From positions 1-15,979 of the IMG/VR virus record IMGVR_UViG_2548876865_000009: a stretch of 15,979 nt of DNA; one strand, given 5' to 3'. How positions within the stretch are numbered: position 1 is the stretch's first letter; each line of letters starts with the position of its first letter. The DNA comes from a virus (Duplodnaviria > Heunggongvirae > Uroviricota > Caudoviricetes). This document shows positions 1 to 7,457 of the stretch, piece by piece. The notes below the pieces were generated by a model. It worked only from the letters and a program-made list of their open reading frames with translations. It was not told the origin of the DNA and ran no database searches. Made by a program: the position numbers and the translations under genes.

Positions 1-165
1 AACCAGCTACCTCGCCGTGCGCTTTCGCGTTATGGTCTGACTTTTCAGGGAAATATACTTTCAGTAAACTGTCAGTGCCGGATGCTCACCCGTGTCCGGC
101 GCACGCACTCCACCTCACCCGTGGAGAACTCCTTAATTACCAACCTTAGCTTCGTTGGTTAGCTA

Positions 166-384
166 TTAACGCGGGTATGTAATCATTCTGGCAATGGTTA
201 ATGCCGCTGCTTTTTCCAGATTGGTGATATCCTGCTCCAGAGAGGACAGATTTTCAGCCTGCTTAGCCCTGGCTTCATTGGCCCATTTCAGATTCTGCGC
301 TGCATTAATTTTCTGGCGCATCCACTCATAAAGTTCATCATCGGTATAGTCTGGCGCGGTGATGACGGGTTCTCGTTTCTGCAT
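166..384 (-). CDS. ydfC: YdfC-like small protein (72 aa), third gene of a dicB-operon-like block
   Basis: 72-aa ORF from track; sequence matches my recollection of E. coli Qin prophage YdfC; GAGGAA Shine-Dalgarno about 5 nt upstream of the ATG; same strand and order as YdfA/YdfB-like ORFs. Confidence 0.7.
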   Translation of the reverse strand: MQKREPVITAPDYTDDELYEWMRQKINAAQNLKWANEARAKQAENLSSLEQDITNLEKAAALTIARMITYPR

Positions 385-413
385 ACTGATTCCTCGCGGT
401 GCTGCTTCGCTTA

Positions 414-542
414 TCAGCCGTTAGATTTTGCCGAGCTGGAAAGTGCCTGTTTAAACTCACTGAAGCTGAGAGCTTCTTCGCCTTCGGCAAGGCCTTCGAA
501 GTATTCTTCGTAAGCCTTTTTCATGATTGTGTCGAAATCCAT
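414..542 (-). CDS. ydfB: YdfB-like small protein (42 aa), not in the ORF track
   Basis: Manually translated minus-strand ORF MDFDTIMKKAYEEYFEGLAEGEEALSFSEFKQALSSSAKSNG; ATG at 542-540 preceded by AGGTGA; stop TGA at 416-414; starts 1 nt after the upstream stop; length and position match YdfB of the Qin dicB operon. Confidence 0.6.
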   Translation of the reverse strand: MDFDTIMKKAYEEYFEGLAEGEEALSFSEFKQALSSSAKSNG

Positions 543-543
543 A

Positions 544-699
544 TCACTCACCTGAGTTTCTTTCCAGCCAGCGACGGGCACCATTTTCGGTTTTAAACGT
601 TTTGCTTTTGGTATACGTCATCGCGGTGAACGTACCGTCCTGGTTGGGGAACACGCCACATACCAGAGATTCGCTGTTGCCAAGATCGATAGTATCCAT
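544..699 (-). CDS. ydfA: YdfA-like small protein (51 aa); track ORF extends in frame to 780
   Basis: Internal Met of the 78-aa track ORF gives MDTIDLGNSESLVCGVFPNQDGTFTAMTYTKSKTFKTENGARRWLERNSGE (51 aa), matching recalled YdfA; GAGGT Shine-Dalgarno 5 nt upstream of this ATG; the longer 78-aa form cannot be excluded. Confidence 0.7.
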   Translation of the reverse strand: MDTIDLGNSESLVCGVFPNQDGTFTAMTYTKSKTFKTENGARRWLERNSGE

Positions 700-780
700 G
701 CTGACCTCATTTCCCCTTAACGCCGGGGTAGCGGAACAAAAACCTGCTGCATAGTTATTAAAGTTGAACCCTGCCGTCAT

Positions 781-975
781 GTTCTTACGCCTCGGGCTGG
801 CTACTTAACCCCTGACCACTGCCGGGTAACTCTAGGTATTGCCCTGCGTTCTGTGGGGCGGGGTGGGTTGATGGATACAATCTACAAATTAAAATTTAAT
901 TGGTCAATGTTTTTATCATTAAATTTGTAGTTAAGGGCGGTTGAATTAGTCCCAAAACGGGACTAGCATACAGTT
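781..975. promoter_or_regulatory. Divergent control region between the ydfA-like operon (minus) and higB (plus), with inverted repeats
   Basis: 9-bp inverted repeats ctacaaatt (882-890) and aatttgtag (922-930); internal palindrome aattaaa-a-tttaatt (887-901); hairpin or palindrome agtccc-aaaac-gggact (948-964) just upstream of the higB ATG. Confidence 0.45.
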
Positions 976-1278
976 ATGAAGATCATCTCAGTTAAAACAC
1001 TCAGGGATTTTTGGGCGGAGAATCCTGATGCAGAACAACCGCTAAGGGCATGGGTGGATGAGGCAGCAAAAGCTGACTGGAAAAGCCCGGCAGACATTAA
1101 GGCACAATACCGAACGGCCAGTATATTGAAAAACCGGCGCGTGGTATTCAACATAAAAGGTAATCATTACCGTTTAATTGTTTCAATTGCGTATCAGCGA
1201 GGATGGGTATTTGTTAAATTCATCGGAAACCATAAGGAATACGATGCCATTGATGCTGATACCATCGAACTGGAGTAA
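976..1278 (+). CDS. higB: HigB-family type II toxin (RelE/ParE superfamily mRNA interferase), 100 aa
   Basis: Small basic protein with the HigB-like C-terminal region (VFNIKGNHYRLIVSIAY...FIGNHKEYD); toxin-first order, followed 2 nt later by an HTH antitoxin gene. Confidence 0.8.
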   Translation: MKIISVKTLRDFWAENPDAEQPLRAWVDEAAKADWKSPADIKAQYRTASILKNRRVVFNIKGNHYRLIVSIAYQRGWVFVKFIGNHKEYDAIDADTIELE

Positions 1279-1280
1279 GC

Positions 1281-1640
1281 ATGAACATCAAACCTATTCG
1301 TACAGAGCAAGATTATGAAGCCGCGTTGCGTGCTGTTGAGCCCATGTTCGACAATGAGCCGGAAATTAACACGCCTGAGGGGGATTTCTTTGAGGTAATG
1401 TGTTTGCTAATAGAGGAATATGAAAAAAAACATTATCCCATTGAGCCACCATCCCCAATTGAAGCTATAAGATTTCGCATGGAACAGCAGGGGCTGACTG
1501 TGAAGGATTTGGAACCCGCAATTGGGAAAAAAAATCGGGTTTACGAGGTGCTGAATGGCACCAGAAGTCTTACGTTACCAATGATTCGCCGTCTTCATAA
1601 TCAATTTGGTATTCCCCTGGAAAGCTTGGTAGGGTTATAA
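1281..1640 (+). CDS. higA: HigA-family antitoxin, HTH (XRE-type) DNA-binding protein, 119 aa
   Basis: C-terminal helix-turn-helix (GTRSLTLPMIRRLHNQFGIPLESL); GGAG Shine-Dalgarno 6 nt upstream of ATG; immediately downstream of higB. Confidence 0.8.
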   Translation: MNIKPIRTEQDYEAALRAVEPMFDNEPEINTPEGDFFEVMCLLIEEYEKKHYPIEPPSPIEAIRFRMEQQGLTVKDLEPAIGKKNRVYEVLNGTRSLTLPMIRRLHNQFGIPLESLVGL

Positions 1641-1686
1641 AATCTGCTAGTCATTTGCCTGATGCTCGTTCCAGAAAAGGAACGCA

Positions 1687-2079
1687 TCAGGCAGTTTTGT
1701 TTTTCTGCCGCAGTAACTCTTCAAGTTTCCGTTTATAGAAATCGCGTTTTTGCTCCATATCTCGAATGATCTGCTCTGCGTCGCTTTGAGGTAACTCATC
1801 TAAAAGCGATATGATTTTTCGTTGTTGTTCTGTAAGTTGCGGTTGGTTGTTATTACTGGATACAGCAATCTTATCGCCGAGAGTTTCTTCTTCCATAAAG
1901 AACCAATGGACGGGATGTTGTGAGAGCTCTGCTAATTTTTCCAGTTTATCCATTCTTGGCATCACGCCTTTCAACCAACCTTGCACGGATTGGGGTTTCA
2001 CACCAAGACGTCTTCCCAGCTCTGACTGGTTTATGTTCAATTCCTGCAACACCTGCTGAAGGCGTTTTACAAAGATCAT
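1687..2079 (-). CDS. DicA-like (CI-type) HTH repressor, about 130 aa from the preferred ATG
   Basis: N-terminal HTH (LNINQSELGRRLGVKPQSVQGWLKG) and a C-terminal region resembling recalled DicA; divergent from a Cro-like gene; preferred start ATG at 2079-2077 with GAGGGG upstream (track start 2085 is GTG). Confidence 0.75.
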   Translation of the reverse strand: MIFVKRLQQVLQELNINQSELGRRLGVKPQSVQGWLKGVMPRMDKLEKLAELSQHPVHWFFMEEETLGDKIAVSSNNNQPQLTEQQRKIISLLDELPQSDAEQIIRDMEQKRDFYKRKLEELLRQKNKTA

Positions 2080-2204
2080 CACCACCCCTCGTAAACTAAT
2101 CTCGCGATCCTACAGAAAAAATTGATAAGTGGCATTACAAATAGAAGTTGAAATTTAAAATTAAATTTGCAAGTATCGGTATCATCGTAAAGTTTGGAGG
2201 AAAC
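2080..2204. promoter_or_regulatory. Divergent repressor/cro-type control region (operator and promoter region)
   Basis: 125-bp AT-rich gap between divergent HTH genes; AT-rich palindromic tract aaatttaaaattaaattt (2151-2168); TTGAAA (2148-2153) and tatcat (2180-2185) promoter-like hexamers; exact promoter not assignable by eye. Confidence 0.5.
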
Positions 2205-2477
2205 ATGCAAAGAAGTACTCAAGTGAAAATCCTGTCGATAATGAGCCAATCAGAACTAGGGCGTCGTCTTGGTAAAACACCACAAACTATAAGTGGATGG
2301 TTTAAAAAACGAGTTCCTGCAGAGGAGGTTATTCCAGCATGTGAGGCGCTTGGATGGGGAGTAACTCCGCATGAATTGCGCCCTGATAAATACCCTAACC
2401 CAACCGATGGCTTGCCTTGTGGACGTAAGAGTACAGCGAATGAATTACTGGCGGTGAACAATGAAAATCACTCCTGA
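2205..2477 (+). CDS. Cro-like / YdaS-DicC-type small HTH regulator, 90 aa
   Basis: HTH motif SQSELGRRLGKTPQTISGWF; GGAGG Shine-Dalgarno at 2196-2200 upstream of ATG 2205 (track ORF starts further upstream at 2148 with no good RBS). Confidence 0.7.
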   Translation: MQRSTQVKILSIMSQSELGRRLGKTPQTISGWFKKRVPAEEVIPACEALGWGVTPHELRPDKYPNPTDGLPCGRKSTANELLAVNNENHS

Positions 2478-2982
2478 ACAGGTTGGCGAGGCTCTGGATG
2501 CTTGGGTATGCAGACCAGGAATGACACAGGAGCAGGCGACGATATTAATCACCGAAGCATTCTGGGATCTGAAAGAGCGTCCGAACATCGATGTTCAGCG
2601 TGTCACGTTTGATGATGGCGCGGTTGATCAACGGGCGCTTGGCGTTAACCGGGTGAAGATATTCGAACGCTGGAAGGCTATCGACACCAGGGATAAGCGT
2701 GAAAAATTCACGGCGCTGATTCCGGCAATTATGGAGGCTATCCGGATTAGTGATTTCAGGTTGTACCGCGAAATTACTGACGGAAAAAGCATTACGTACA
2801 TGATCGCCGGGTTAAACAAAGAATATGGCGATGTGGTGGAGTCCGGTCTGCTTTTTGCTGATCCAGCCGTTGTGGAACGTGAGACAGACGAGCTTATAGA
2901 AAAAGCAATTGCTTTCAAGCGTGCCTATCGTCAGCAGTACCAACAAAAAGCCGGATGGAATTATGAGCCTTCTTTTTGCTGA
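2461..2982 (+). CDS. YdaT-like protein at the CII position, 173 aa
   Basis: Overlaps the upstream stop (translational coupling); loose resemblance to Rac prophage YdaT (IPAI motif region); family assignment is from memory only. Confidence 0.5.
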   Translation: MKITPEQVGEALDAWVCRPGMTQEQATILITEAFWDLKERPNIDVQRVTFDDGAVDQRALGVNRVKIFERWKAIDTRDKREKFTALIPAIMEAIRISDFRLYREITDGKSITYMIAGLNKEYGDVVESGLLFADPAVVERETDELIEKAIAFKRAYRQQYQQKAGWNYEPSFC

Positions 2983-3928
2983 ACGTCCGCTGGTTATAAA
3001 CACACAGCTGGCGATGAAGATTGGTTTAAACGAAGCCATTGTGTTGCAGCAACTGCATTACTGGTTGAGGGATACCAGTTCCGGCATGGAATGTTATGGC
3101 GTTCGCTGGATTTATAACACAACGGAACAATGGCTGGAACAGTTTCCGTTCTGGTCAGAGTCAACGTTAAAGCGCGCGTTTGCAAGTCTGAAAGCGCTGG
3201 GGCTTTTGCGTAGCGAAAAGCTCAATAAATCGAAGCGTGACATGACTAATTTTTACACAATTAACTACGATAGCGCGCTTTTAGATGATGGCAAAGCGAG
3301 CGAATCCATCGGGTCAAAATGCGCCACTCCATCAGGTCAAAATGACACGATGGAAGAGGTCAAAATGAAACGTTCCATTGGTTCAAAACGACCCAATCTC
3401 ATCGGGTCAAAATGGCCCGATGATCCTACAGAGAATACAACAGAGAATACAACAGAGAATAAAAAACTCTCTTGTCCGGACGCTTCGCAACCGGACGAGC
3501 AGACGCAGGAACAGGCGTTTTTAACCCGCCATCCTGATGCTGTTGTGTTTAGTGTGAAAAAACGCCAGTGGGGAACCCGGGAGGATTTGACGTGTGCGCA
3601 GTGGATCTGGGGGCGGGTTGTAAACCTGTACGAACAGGCTGCCAGTGACGATGGTGAGATCACGCGACCGAAAGAGCCCAACTGGACGGCGTGGGCCAAT
3701 GACGTGCGCACAATGCGGATGTTGGATGGACGAAGTCACAGACAAATTTGCGAAATGTTCAGGCGGGCACAACGGGATCCGTTCTGGATAAAAAACATCA
3801 AGAGTCCGGAAAAACTCCGTGAGAAATGGGATGAACTGGTTATTCGACTGTGGCGTGGTCCCGCGCAGCGTTGCGTGAATCATATTTCTGAACCGGATAC
3901 CGAAATTCCGCCGGGATTCAGGGGGTAA
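2963..3928 (+). CDS. Phage replication initiator / replisome organizer (lambda O-like), about 321 aa; carries the origin iterons
   Basis: N-terminus MSLLFAERPLVINTQLAMKIGLNEAIVLQQLHYWL typical of phage replisome-organizer N-domains as I recall them; iterons and AT-rich repeats inside the CDS; followed by a DnaC-like gene; track start 2909 lies inside the upstream gene, ATG 2963 preferred. Confidence 0.75.
   Translation: MSLLFAERPLVINTQLAMKIGLNEAIVLQQLHYWLRDTSSGMECYGVRWIYNTTEQWLEQFPFWSESTLKRAFASLKALGLLRSEKLNKSKRDMTNFYTINYDSALLDDGKASESIGSKCATPSGQNDTMEEVKMKRSIGSKRPNLIGSKWPDDPTENTTENTTENKKLSCPDASQPDEQTQEQAFLTRHPDAVVFSVKKRQWGTREDLTCAQWIWGRVVNLYEQAASDDGEITRPKEPNWTAWANDVRTMRMLDGRSHRQICEMFRRAQRDPFWIKNIKSPEKLREKWDELVIRLWRGPAQRCVNHISEPDTEIPPGFRG
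3309..3414 (+). repeat. Five iteron-like direct repeats (consensus about TCGGGTCAAAATG) at 23-24 bp spacing: putative origin
   Basis: Copies start at 3309, 3332, 3355, 3378 (degenerate) and 3402; located inside the O-like gene as in lambda ori. Confidence 0.7.
3428..3463 (+). repeat. Three tandem 12-bp repeats (acagagaataca) followed by an A-run; AT-rich element next to the iterons
   Basis: acagagaataca x2 plus acagagaataaa; encodes TENTTENTTENKK in the initiator. Confidence 0.7.
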
Positions 3929-3934
3929 CGTGCC

Positions 3935-4675
3935 ATGAAAAACATTACGTCAGGTGGTGTTCTGGCAAGAGTCAGCAGATTTGTGCCGCAGGATGCAATC
4001 CCTCCGTACCGTACGGTGGAGGAGTGGCGGGAATGGCAGCTTGCTGAAGGGCGTAAGCGCAGCGAGGAGGTTAATCGCCTGAATCATCAGACTCGGGTTG
4101 AAAAAATCATTAACCGCTCTGGTATCCAGCCGCTTCACCGGAAGTGTACGTTCGGTAACTACCGGGTGCAGAACGATGGGCAGCGCCATGCCCTGAGTCA
4201 GGCGAAATCCATTGCGGCAGAACTGGAAGGCGGCTGTACGAATTTTGTTTTCAGTGGCCGGCCTGGCACAGGAAAAAACCACCTGGCTGCGGCGATAGGC
4301 AATCGGCTGATGGAGAAGGGGGGCAGCGTAATTATCATCACTGTGTCTGATGTCATGAGTGTGTTGCACGACAGTTACGACAACGGCAAATCGGGTGAAA
4401 AATTTTTACAGGAGCTTTGCGGGGTGGATTTGCTGGTCCTGGATGAAATCGGCATGCAGCGGGATACGCGCAACGAGCAGGTCACGCTTAATCAGATTGT
4501 TGACCGCAGAACGGCATCGTTACTCAGTGTGGGGATGCTGACAAATCTTAACCATGCAGCGATGAATACACTTCTCGGCGAGCGGGTGATGGACCGCATG
4601 TCCATGAACGGTGGTCGCTGGGTGACGTTTAACTGGGAGAGCTGGCGTCCGAACGTCAGCCAGCACAGGAACTGA
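3935..4675 (+). CDS. DnaC/IstB-like AAA+ helicase loader (replication protein), 246 aa
   Basis: Walker [16 protein letters not shown] and Walker B LLVLDEIG; directly downstream of the initiator; GGGGG Shine-Dalgarno upstream of ATG. Confidence 0.85.
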   Translation: MKNITSGGVLARVSRFVPQDAIPPYRTVEEWREWQLAEGRKRSEEVNRLNHQTRVEKIINRSGIQPLHRKCTFGNYRVQNDGQRHALSQAKSIAAELEGGCTNFVFSGRPGTGKNHLAAAIGNRLMEKGGSVIIITVSDVMSVLHDSYDNGKSGEKFLQELCGVDLLVLDEIGMQRDTRNEQVTLNQIVDRRTASLLSVGMLTNLNHAAMNTLLGERVMDRMSMNGGRWVTFNWESWRPNVSQHRN

Positions 4676-4704
4676 GAAGTAATTTTTATCCGGAGGAAAT
4701 TTTA

Positions 4705-5421
4705 ATGGAAACCGTATTTGATGCACTGAAAGCACTGAAAAGAGCCTCGTCTCACGAGATTGCAGCCCGTGTTGAAATCAGCCGTGACGATGCTGTTACC
4801 GAACTCTGGAAACTGAAGCGCCGTGGTGAAGCGGATAACAAGGGTTCGATGTGGTGGCTGACTCAGGCTGGTGAAAGTGAACCAGTGTCACCGGTACCGA
4901 AAGTGACCGCGCAAATGCTGATTGAGGCGATTGAACAACATGGCCCACAAACGGCGGATGAACTGGCACTGATGTTCGGAATTACCTCCCGCCGGGCGAA
5001 TTCATCGCTGGCGATGGCAATCAGCAAAGGGCGTCTGATTCGCGTGAATCAGGGCGGTAAATTTCGTTACTGCATACCGGGCGCTGATTTACCGGCAGAG
5101 CCGGAAGCTGCATCCGTAGCGGAAACGGATGGTAAAGCCTTTCCTCAGCCAGCAGGAGTTGCGTTACCGGTACAGGAAGCGGCGACACAGGAAGAAATTA
5201 AAACAGATACTGTGGCGGACATTGTGCAGTCGCTGCCATCGTTTACCGAAACGAAAGCAGATGACCTGATTCTACCATCGCTGAATGTGGCTAACCGCGA
5301 GCTGCGCCGGGCGAAAAGTCATGTCCAGAAGTGGGAGCGTGTCTGTGCCGCGCTGCGGGAACTGAACAAACACAGGGATATTCTCCGGGATATTACCACC
5401 ACCAGAGAGCAGCAACAGTGA
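4705..5421 (+). CDS. Hypothetical protein, 238 aa, apparently two winged-helix-like domains plus a C-terminal helical region
   Basis: GGAGGAAA Shine-Dalgarno 7 nt upstream; long ORF; two similar wH-like segments (around residues 1-45 and 70-115); function unknown. Confidence 0.7.
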   Translation: METVFDALKALKRASSHEIAARVEISRDDAVTELWKLKRRGEADNKGSMWWLTQAGESEPVSPVPKVTAQMLIEAIEQHGPQTADELALMFGITSRRANSSLAMAISKGRLIRVNQGGKFRYCIPGADLPAEPEAASVAETDGKAFPQPAGVALPVQEAATQEEIKTDTVADIVQSLPSFTETKADDLILPSLNVANRELRRAKSHVQKWERVCAALRELNKHRDILRDITTTREQQQ

Positions 5422-5735
5422 GTGGCTGGAAGACGTGGTGCCGGGCGGAAATCCTGATACTCCGGCAGTGTGCGGGAACAATGACGGTGGAATGCATCGG
5501 GATGCTTATTGGTCGTAGTGAGGCTGCGGTCAGAACGAAAGCGCGGGAACTGGGTATTAGTATGATGTTACGGGGTGATTATCACCAGTCAGCAAAATAT
5601 CCGCAGAGTGATATTGAGCTGGCGCGACAGCAGCATCAGCGTGGCGTGTCGAGGAGAGAAATCGCCAGAAAATTCGGAATGCCGTTGCGCACAGTGAATA
5701 ACTACGTTTATTTCGACAGGAGGGTGTCTGCGTGA
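5418..5735 (+). CDS. Hypothetical small HTH protein, about 105 aa, start uncertain
   Basis: GTG start overlapping the upstream TGA (GTGA); alternative ATG at 5481; C-terminal HTH-like motif [19 protein letters not shown]. Confidence 0.5.
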   Translation: MSGWKTWCRAEILILRQCAGTMTVECIGMLIGRSEAAVRTKARELGISMMLRGDYHQSAKYPQSDIELARQQHQRGVSRREIARKFGMPLRTVNNYVYFDRRVSA

Positions 5736-5959
5736 AAATCCTGTATCAGGATTACGGCCCGGTGGGGCAGGTGCTTATCAGCAGTACTGTAATGGAGTTC
5801 CGGAAGCATAACCGTGTGGTGGATTCTGTGCTGTTAACCTGTCCGGGGATATCGGCGAGTCGTGCAGGTGTGTTTATTATGAAGACGAAATTATATGGCA
5901 GTAAGGCGTGGATAAAGAAGGCGTATCGTGTAGCGTTGCAGGAGGTTAACAGTGAGTGA
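5732..5959 (+). CDS. Hypothetical protein, 75 aa
   Basis: GTG start overlapping the upstream stop; AGGAGGG Shine-Dalgarno at 5718-5724. Confidence 0.5.
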   Translation: MKILYQDYGPVGQVLISSTVMEFRKHNRVVDSVLLTCPGISASRAGVFIMKTKLYGSKAWIKKAYRVALQEVNSE

Positions 5960-6263
5960 AATTAAAGAAATGCCGGTAGTTCGTGACGAATATGGCTACT
6001 GGACACATCCTGAATATGAAAAATTCTGTGATGGTCGGGAGAATATTTCAACGGAAGAATTTAACGCGTGGATGGAGGCAAATAATCTTCAGTGGACTAT
6101 CTGCACTATGGATGAAGATGATTTTAACCTGGACGCAGATGGCCCTGATATTTCAGCATGGGAACCGGAACGACCAGAGGGCGATGGCTGGTTTATTGGT
6201 TCCATTCATGATACGGAAGATGGCCCGGTTTGTGTCTGGTTGCGAAATAAGGCTGAAGCATAA
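5952..6263 (+). CDS. Hypothetical acidic protein, 103 aa
   Basis: GTG start with GGAGG Shine-Dalgarno at 5941-5945; overlaps the upstream gene by 8 nt. Confidence 0.55.
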   Translation: MSEIKEMPVVRDEYGYWTHPEYEKFCDGRENISTEEFNAWMEANNLQWTICTMDEDDFNLDADGPDISAWEPERPEGDGWFIGSIHDTEDGPVCVWLRNKAEA

Positions 6264-6609
6264 AGGAGATAAACCAACTAACAACTAAATACTGAAGATT
6301 TAAATCAGAAACGATTTTTATTAAATCCTTAACCGGAGGGATTCCTGCACCCTCAGAATATCAGGAGGCCGCCCGAAAGGGCGGTAAGAAATGAAACATT
6401 ATTTAGAAAAAATTACCCACGAAAGAGCAGAACAACAGAGTTTCTGTTTTTCATTCTGTTTATAGTGTTGATGATACCGATATCCCCGCTATTACTGGTC
6501 TGGATAATTGGAAGGACATTTGAACCAGTTATTGAGCTATATACCGATGTGACATGGGAATCATTCAGCGCACTGCACAATAAAATTAATCCGTATAAGG
6601 AAAACTGAT

Positions 6610-7167
6610 ATGAGCACTATTACCAGAGAACGCGCGGAGATTAAATCATACATCACAGGCTTCCTGAGCGACTCGGCGCACGATAACAAGTCTTCAGACA
6701 GCCTGCTGGCTAATGTGTTTCGTATCGCGCTGGCATCACTGGAAGCAGAGCCGATAGCAATGGTAGTGCCTGATGAAATGGATTTGCTTACCTGCCATCT
6801 CGACGGTGTAACTAAAACATATGCTGATGGCTGGAACGCCTGCCGCGTCGCCATGCTTCAGGCCGGAAACTTTCGGGAAAATAAGAATTCGTCAACCAAC
6901 AATTTTCGGGAAATCTCGGAAACGTCAACCAGATCTCCGATAACTCCGGATGGCTGGATAAGCTGTACTGAGCGAATGCCTGAAAAGAGCCAGAACGTGC
7001 TTATTTCGATGAATATCGATAGCGAGGCAGGGCCATTAATATATTCCGCACGCTATCTCGGAGGCACGTTCCGGCGCGGAGGTATAGCAGTTAGTCCGGG
7101 TAATGATCTTAGGCAAGCAACCCACTGGATGCCGCTACCAGAACCGCCGCAGGAGGTGAATCAATGA
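6610..7167 (+). CDS. Hypothetical phage protein, DUF551-like C-terminal region, 185 aa
   Basis: AAGGAAAA Shine-Dalgarno 7 nt upstream; C-terminal GWISCTERMPEKSQNVLIS resembles the DUF551 motif as I recall it. Confidence 0.65.
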   Translation: MSTITRERAEIKSYITGFLSDSAHDNKSSDSLLANVFRIALASLEAEPIAMVVPDEMDLLTCHLDGVTKTYADGWNACRVAMLQAGNFRENKNSSTNNFREISETSTRSPITPDGWISCTERMPEKSQNVLISMNIDSEAGPLIYSARYLGGTFRRGGIAVSPGNDLRQATHWMPLPEPPQEVNQ

Positions 7168-7247
7168 CCTGGCCTGAAGCATTCACAACGGTAGGAATTG
7201 CGATGGCGGTGGCGCTGGTGGTGTATTCGATTTGCCGCTGGGGATAA
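7164..7247 (+). CDS. Putative 27-aa hydrophobic peptide (MTWPEAFTTVGIAMAVALVVYSICRWG), not in the ORF track
   Basis: ATG overlaps the upstream TGA (ATGA); GGAGGTGA Shine-Dalgarno at 7151-7158; single predicted transmembrane-like segment. Confidence 0.35.
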   Translation: MTWPEAFTTVGIAMAVALVVYSICRWG

Positions 7248-7457
7248 AAACGGTTTGCGGGAAAAGGATAGTTAAGTAGAATTGCAGCGGGTGCTTGAGG
7301 CTATCTGCCTCGGGCATGAACACCAACGGCAGATAGAGAAAAGCCCCAGTTAACATTACGCGTCCTGCAAGACGCTTAACATTAATCTGAGGCTCAATCC
7401 ATGCTGAACACATGTAGGTTAGCCTCTTACGTGCCGAAAGGCAAGGAGAAGCAGGCT

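Noticed and set aside
1-165. Possible DicF small RNA just downstream of the ydfC-like gene
   Set aside because: The minus-strand sequence of 1-165 does not contain a stretch matching the DicF sequence as I recall it; DicF, if present, is probably outside the window. This needs a covariance-model search to settle.
399-754. Plus-strand track ORFs 399..596 and 527..754
   Set aside because: They lie antisense to the YdfA/YdfB-like genes, have no recognisable RBS or family resemblance, and look like frame shadows of the minus-strand genes.
2148-2204. Upstream ATG start (2148) for the Cro-like gene
   Set aside because: No RBS; the extension MKFKIKFASIGIIVKFGGN lies in the operator/promoter region; ATG 2205 has a GGAGG Shine-Dalgarno.
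2219-4735. Minus-strand track ORFs antisense to the early genes (2219..2461, 2628..2918, 2812..3039, 2994..3185, 3337..3711, 3521..3883, 3950..4369, 4520..4735) and plus-strand 4359..4541
   Set aside because: All sit inside or antisense to well-supported replication-region CDSs; no RBS, low-complexity or odd composition, no family resemblance.
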